From Candidatus Acidiferrales bacterium (GTDB lineage: Bacteria; Acidobacteriota; Terriglobia; Acidiferrales; UBA7541), in assembly GCA_963826335.1 (NCBI GenBank), contig CAWGXB010000043.1, forward strand, positions 6,559 through 70,558: a DNA stretch of 64,000 nt, given 5' to 3'. A program made the translations under genes and the position numbers. A model generated the notes under the pieces. It was not told where the DNA came from, did no database searches, and saw nothing but the letters and a program-made list of their open reading frames with translations. This document shows positions 63,404-64,000 of the stretch, piece by piece (position 1 is the first letter of the stretch; each line of letters starts with the position of its first letter).

Positions 63404-64000
63404 ATGGCTGACGCTTCCACAAAACGTGTTCCTCAGGACCAGCCCGACGACTCTTCGGCCAACGGCACGGGTTCGCTTGAGGAGCTGCGCCACCTGATCC
63501 TCGCTCCGGAACAGGAAGCCCTGGAGCGGCTGCATCATCGCGTTGTGAATCCTGAGGCGCGCACCGAGGACGTCAGTTCGGTGGTCGCCGAAGCTATCCA
63601 GTTGCGCCGCGAGCAGGGCGGCAGCGACGCACTCAGCGAAGCTCTGGCCCCTACGATCGAAACTGCGGTGCGCGAATCCGTTCGCAAGGACCCCACCACA
63701 CTGGCCGATGCTCTTTTCCCGGTGATGGGACCGGCCATTCGCCGCTCCATTCTCGAAACTCTTCGTTCCTTCCTCGATTCGTTTAACCAGATTATGGACC
63801 AGAGCCTATCCGTGCAGGGTCTCAAGTGGCGTCTGGAGGCTCTTCGCACCGGCCGCACCTTCACGGAAGTAGTTCTGCTGCACAGCCTGGTTTTCCGCGT
63901 TGAACAGGTTTTCCTCATCCACAAGAAAACCGGATTGTCCCTCGGCCACGCCGTTGCTCCGAGCGTCGCGATGCAAGATCCCAGCCTGGTTTCTGGGATG
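63404..64000 (+). CDS. Conserved hypothetical protein, 3' end outside window (N-terminal region resembling that of some OmpA-family proteins)
   Basis: Not in the ORF track because no stop lies within the window. ATG 63404 (or 63398) opens a frame that runs to nt 64000: MADASTKRVPQDQ...LEELRHLILAPEQEALERL...DALFPVMGPAIRRSI... Confidence 0.55.
   Translation, partial: MADASTKRVPQDQPDDSSANGTGSLEELRHLILAPEQEALERLHHRVVNPEARTEDVSSVVAEAIQLRREQGGSDALSEALAPTIETAVRESVRKDPTTLADALFPVMGPAIRRSILETLRSFLDSFNQIMDQSLSVQGLKWRLEALRTGRTFTEVVLLHSLVFRVEQVFLIHKKTGLSLGHAVAPSVAMQDPSLVSGM

Noticed and set aside
1-64000. Searched by eye for CRISPR arrays, tRNA/rRNA genes, IS elements, integrases, phage genes, toxin-antitoxin pairs and known defence-system genes
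   Set aside because: I saw no regularly spaced direct repeats, no tRNA-like T-loop or acceptor structures in the few gaps over 100 nt, and no transposase, recombinase or nuclease-type ORFs. This was a visual scan only, so short or degenerate elements could have been missed.

Overview
GC-rich, densely coding chromosomal segment. The gene content points to Acidobacteriota: many 'acidobacterial duplicated orphan permease' (ADOP) paralogs and a TonB-dependent receptor with a carboxypeptidase-regulatory-like N-terminus. I found no rRNA, tRNA, CRISPR array, transposase, integrase or phage gene. Modules from left to right: (1) nt 3-20677 holds a same-strand block with a MacA/HlyD adaptor (5' partial), seven intact ADOP/MacB-type duplicated permeases, one internally deleted ADOP remnant and two interleaved MacB/LolD-type ATPases. 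A sigma-54-dependent response regulator and histidine kinase follow at 20795-23508. (2) A secreted GH39 enzyme and a stand-alone GDP-mannose 3,5-epimerase. (3) A minus-strand hoxEFUYH operon (group 3d-type bidirectional [NiFe] hydrogenase). Its HoxF is fused to a GltD/NfnB-like FAD/NAD(P)H oxidoreductase module, and a perfect TGTGA-N6-TCACA palindrome lies upstream. (4) Four consecutive secreted beta-propeller proteins of different repeat families; two carry CXXCH haem-c motifs. (5) A YjgF-fold protein, a DAHP synthase and two orphan type-1 solute-binding proteins. (6) A glycan-utilisation region with GH30, a DegT aminotransferase, an amidohydrolase lipoprotein and a GH36-like alpha-galactosidase. 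It also contains an eight-gene minus-strand operon: TonB-dependent receptor, two uncharacterised secreted proteins, LacD-like aldolase, GatZ/KbaZ homolog, DeoR regulator, AgaS-like isomerase and PfkB kinase. (7) A coiled-coil protein and a 3'-truncated conserved gene. The best candidates for something new are the non-orphan ADOP battery (with a Cys-rich 58-codon sORF in its largest gap), the HoxF-GltD fusion hydrogenase, the haem/beta-propeller cluster, and the TonB-linked galactosamine/tagatose locus. All calls come from reading the translated ORFs and the DNA by eye; no searches were run.
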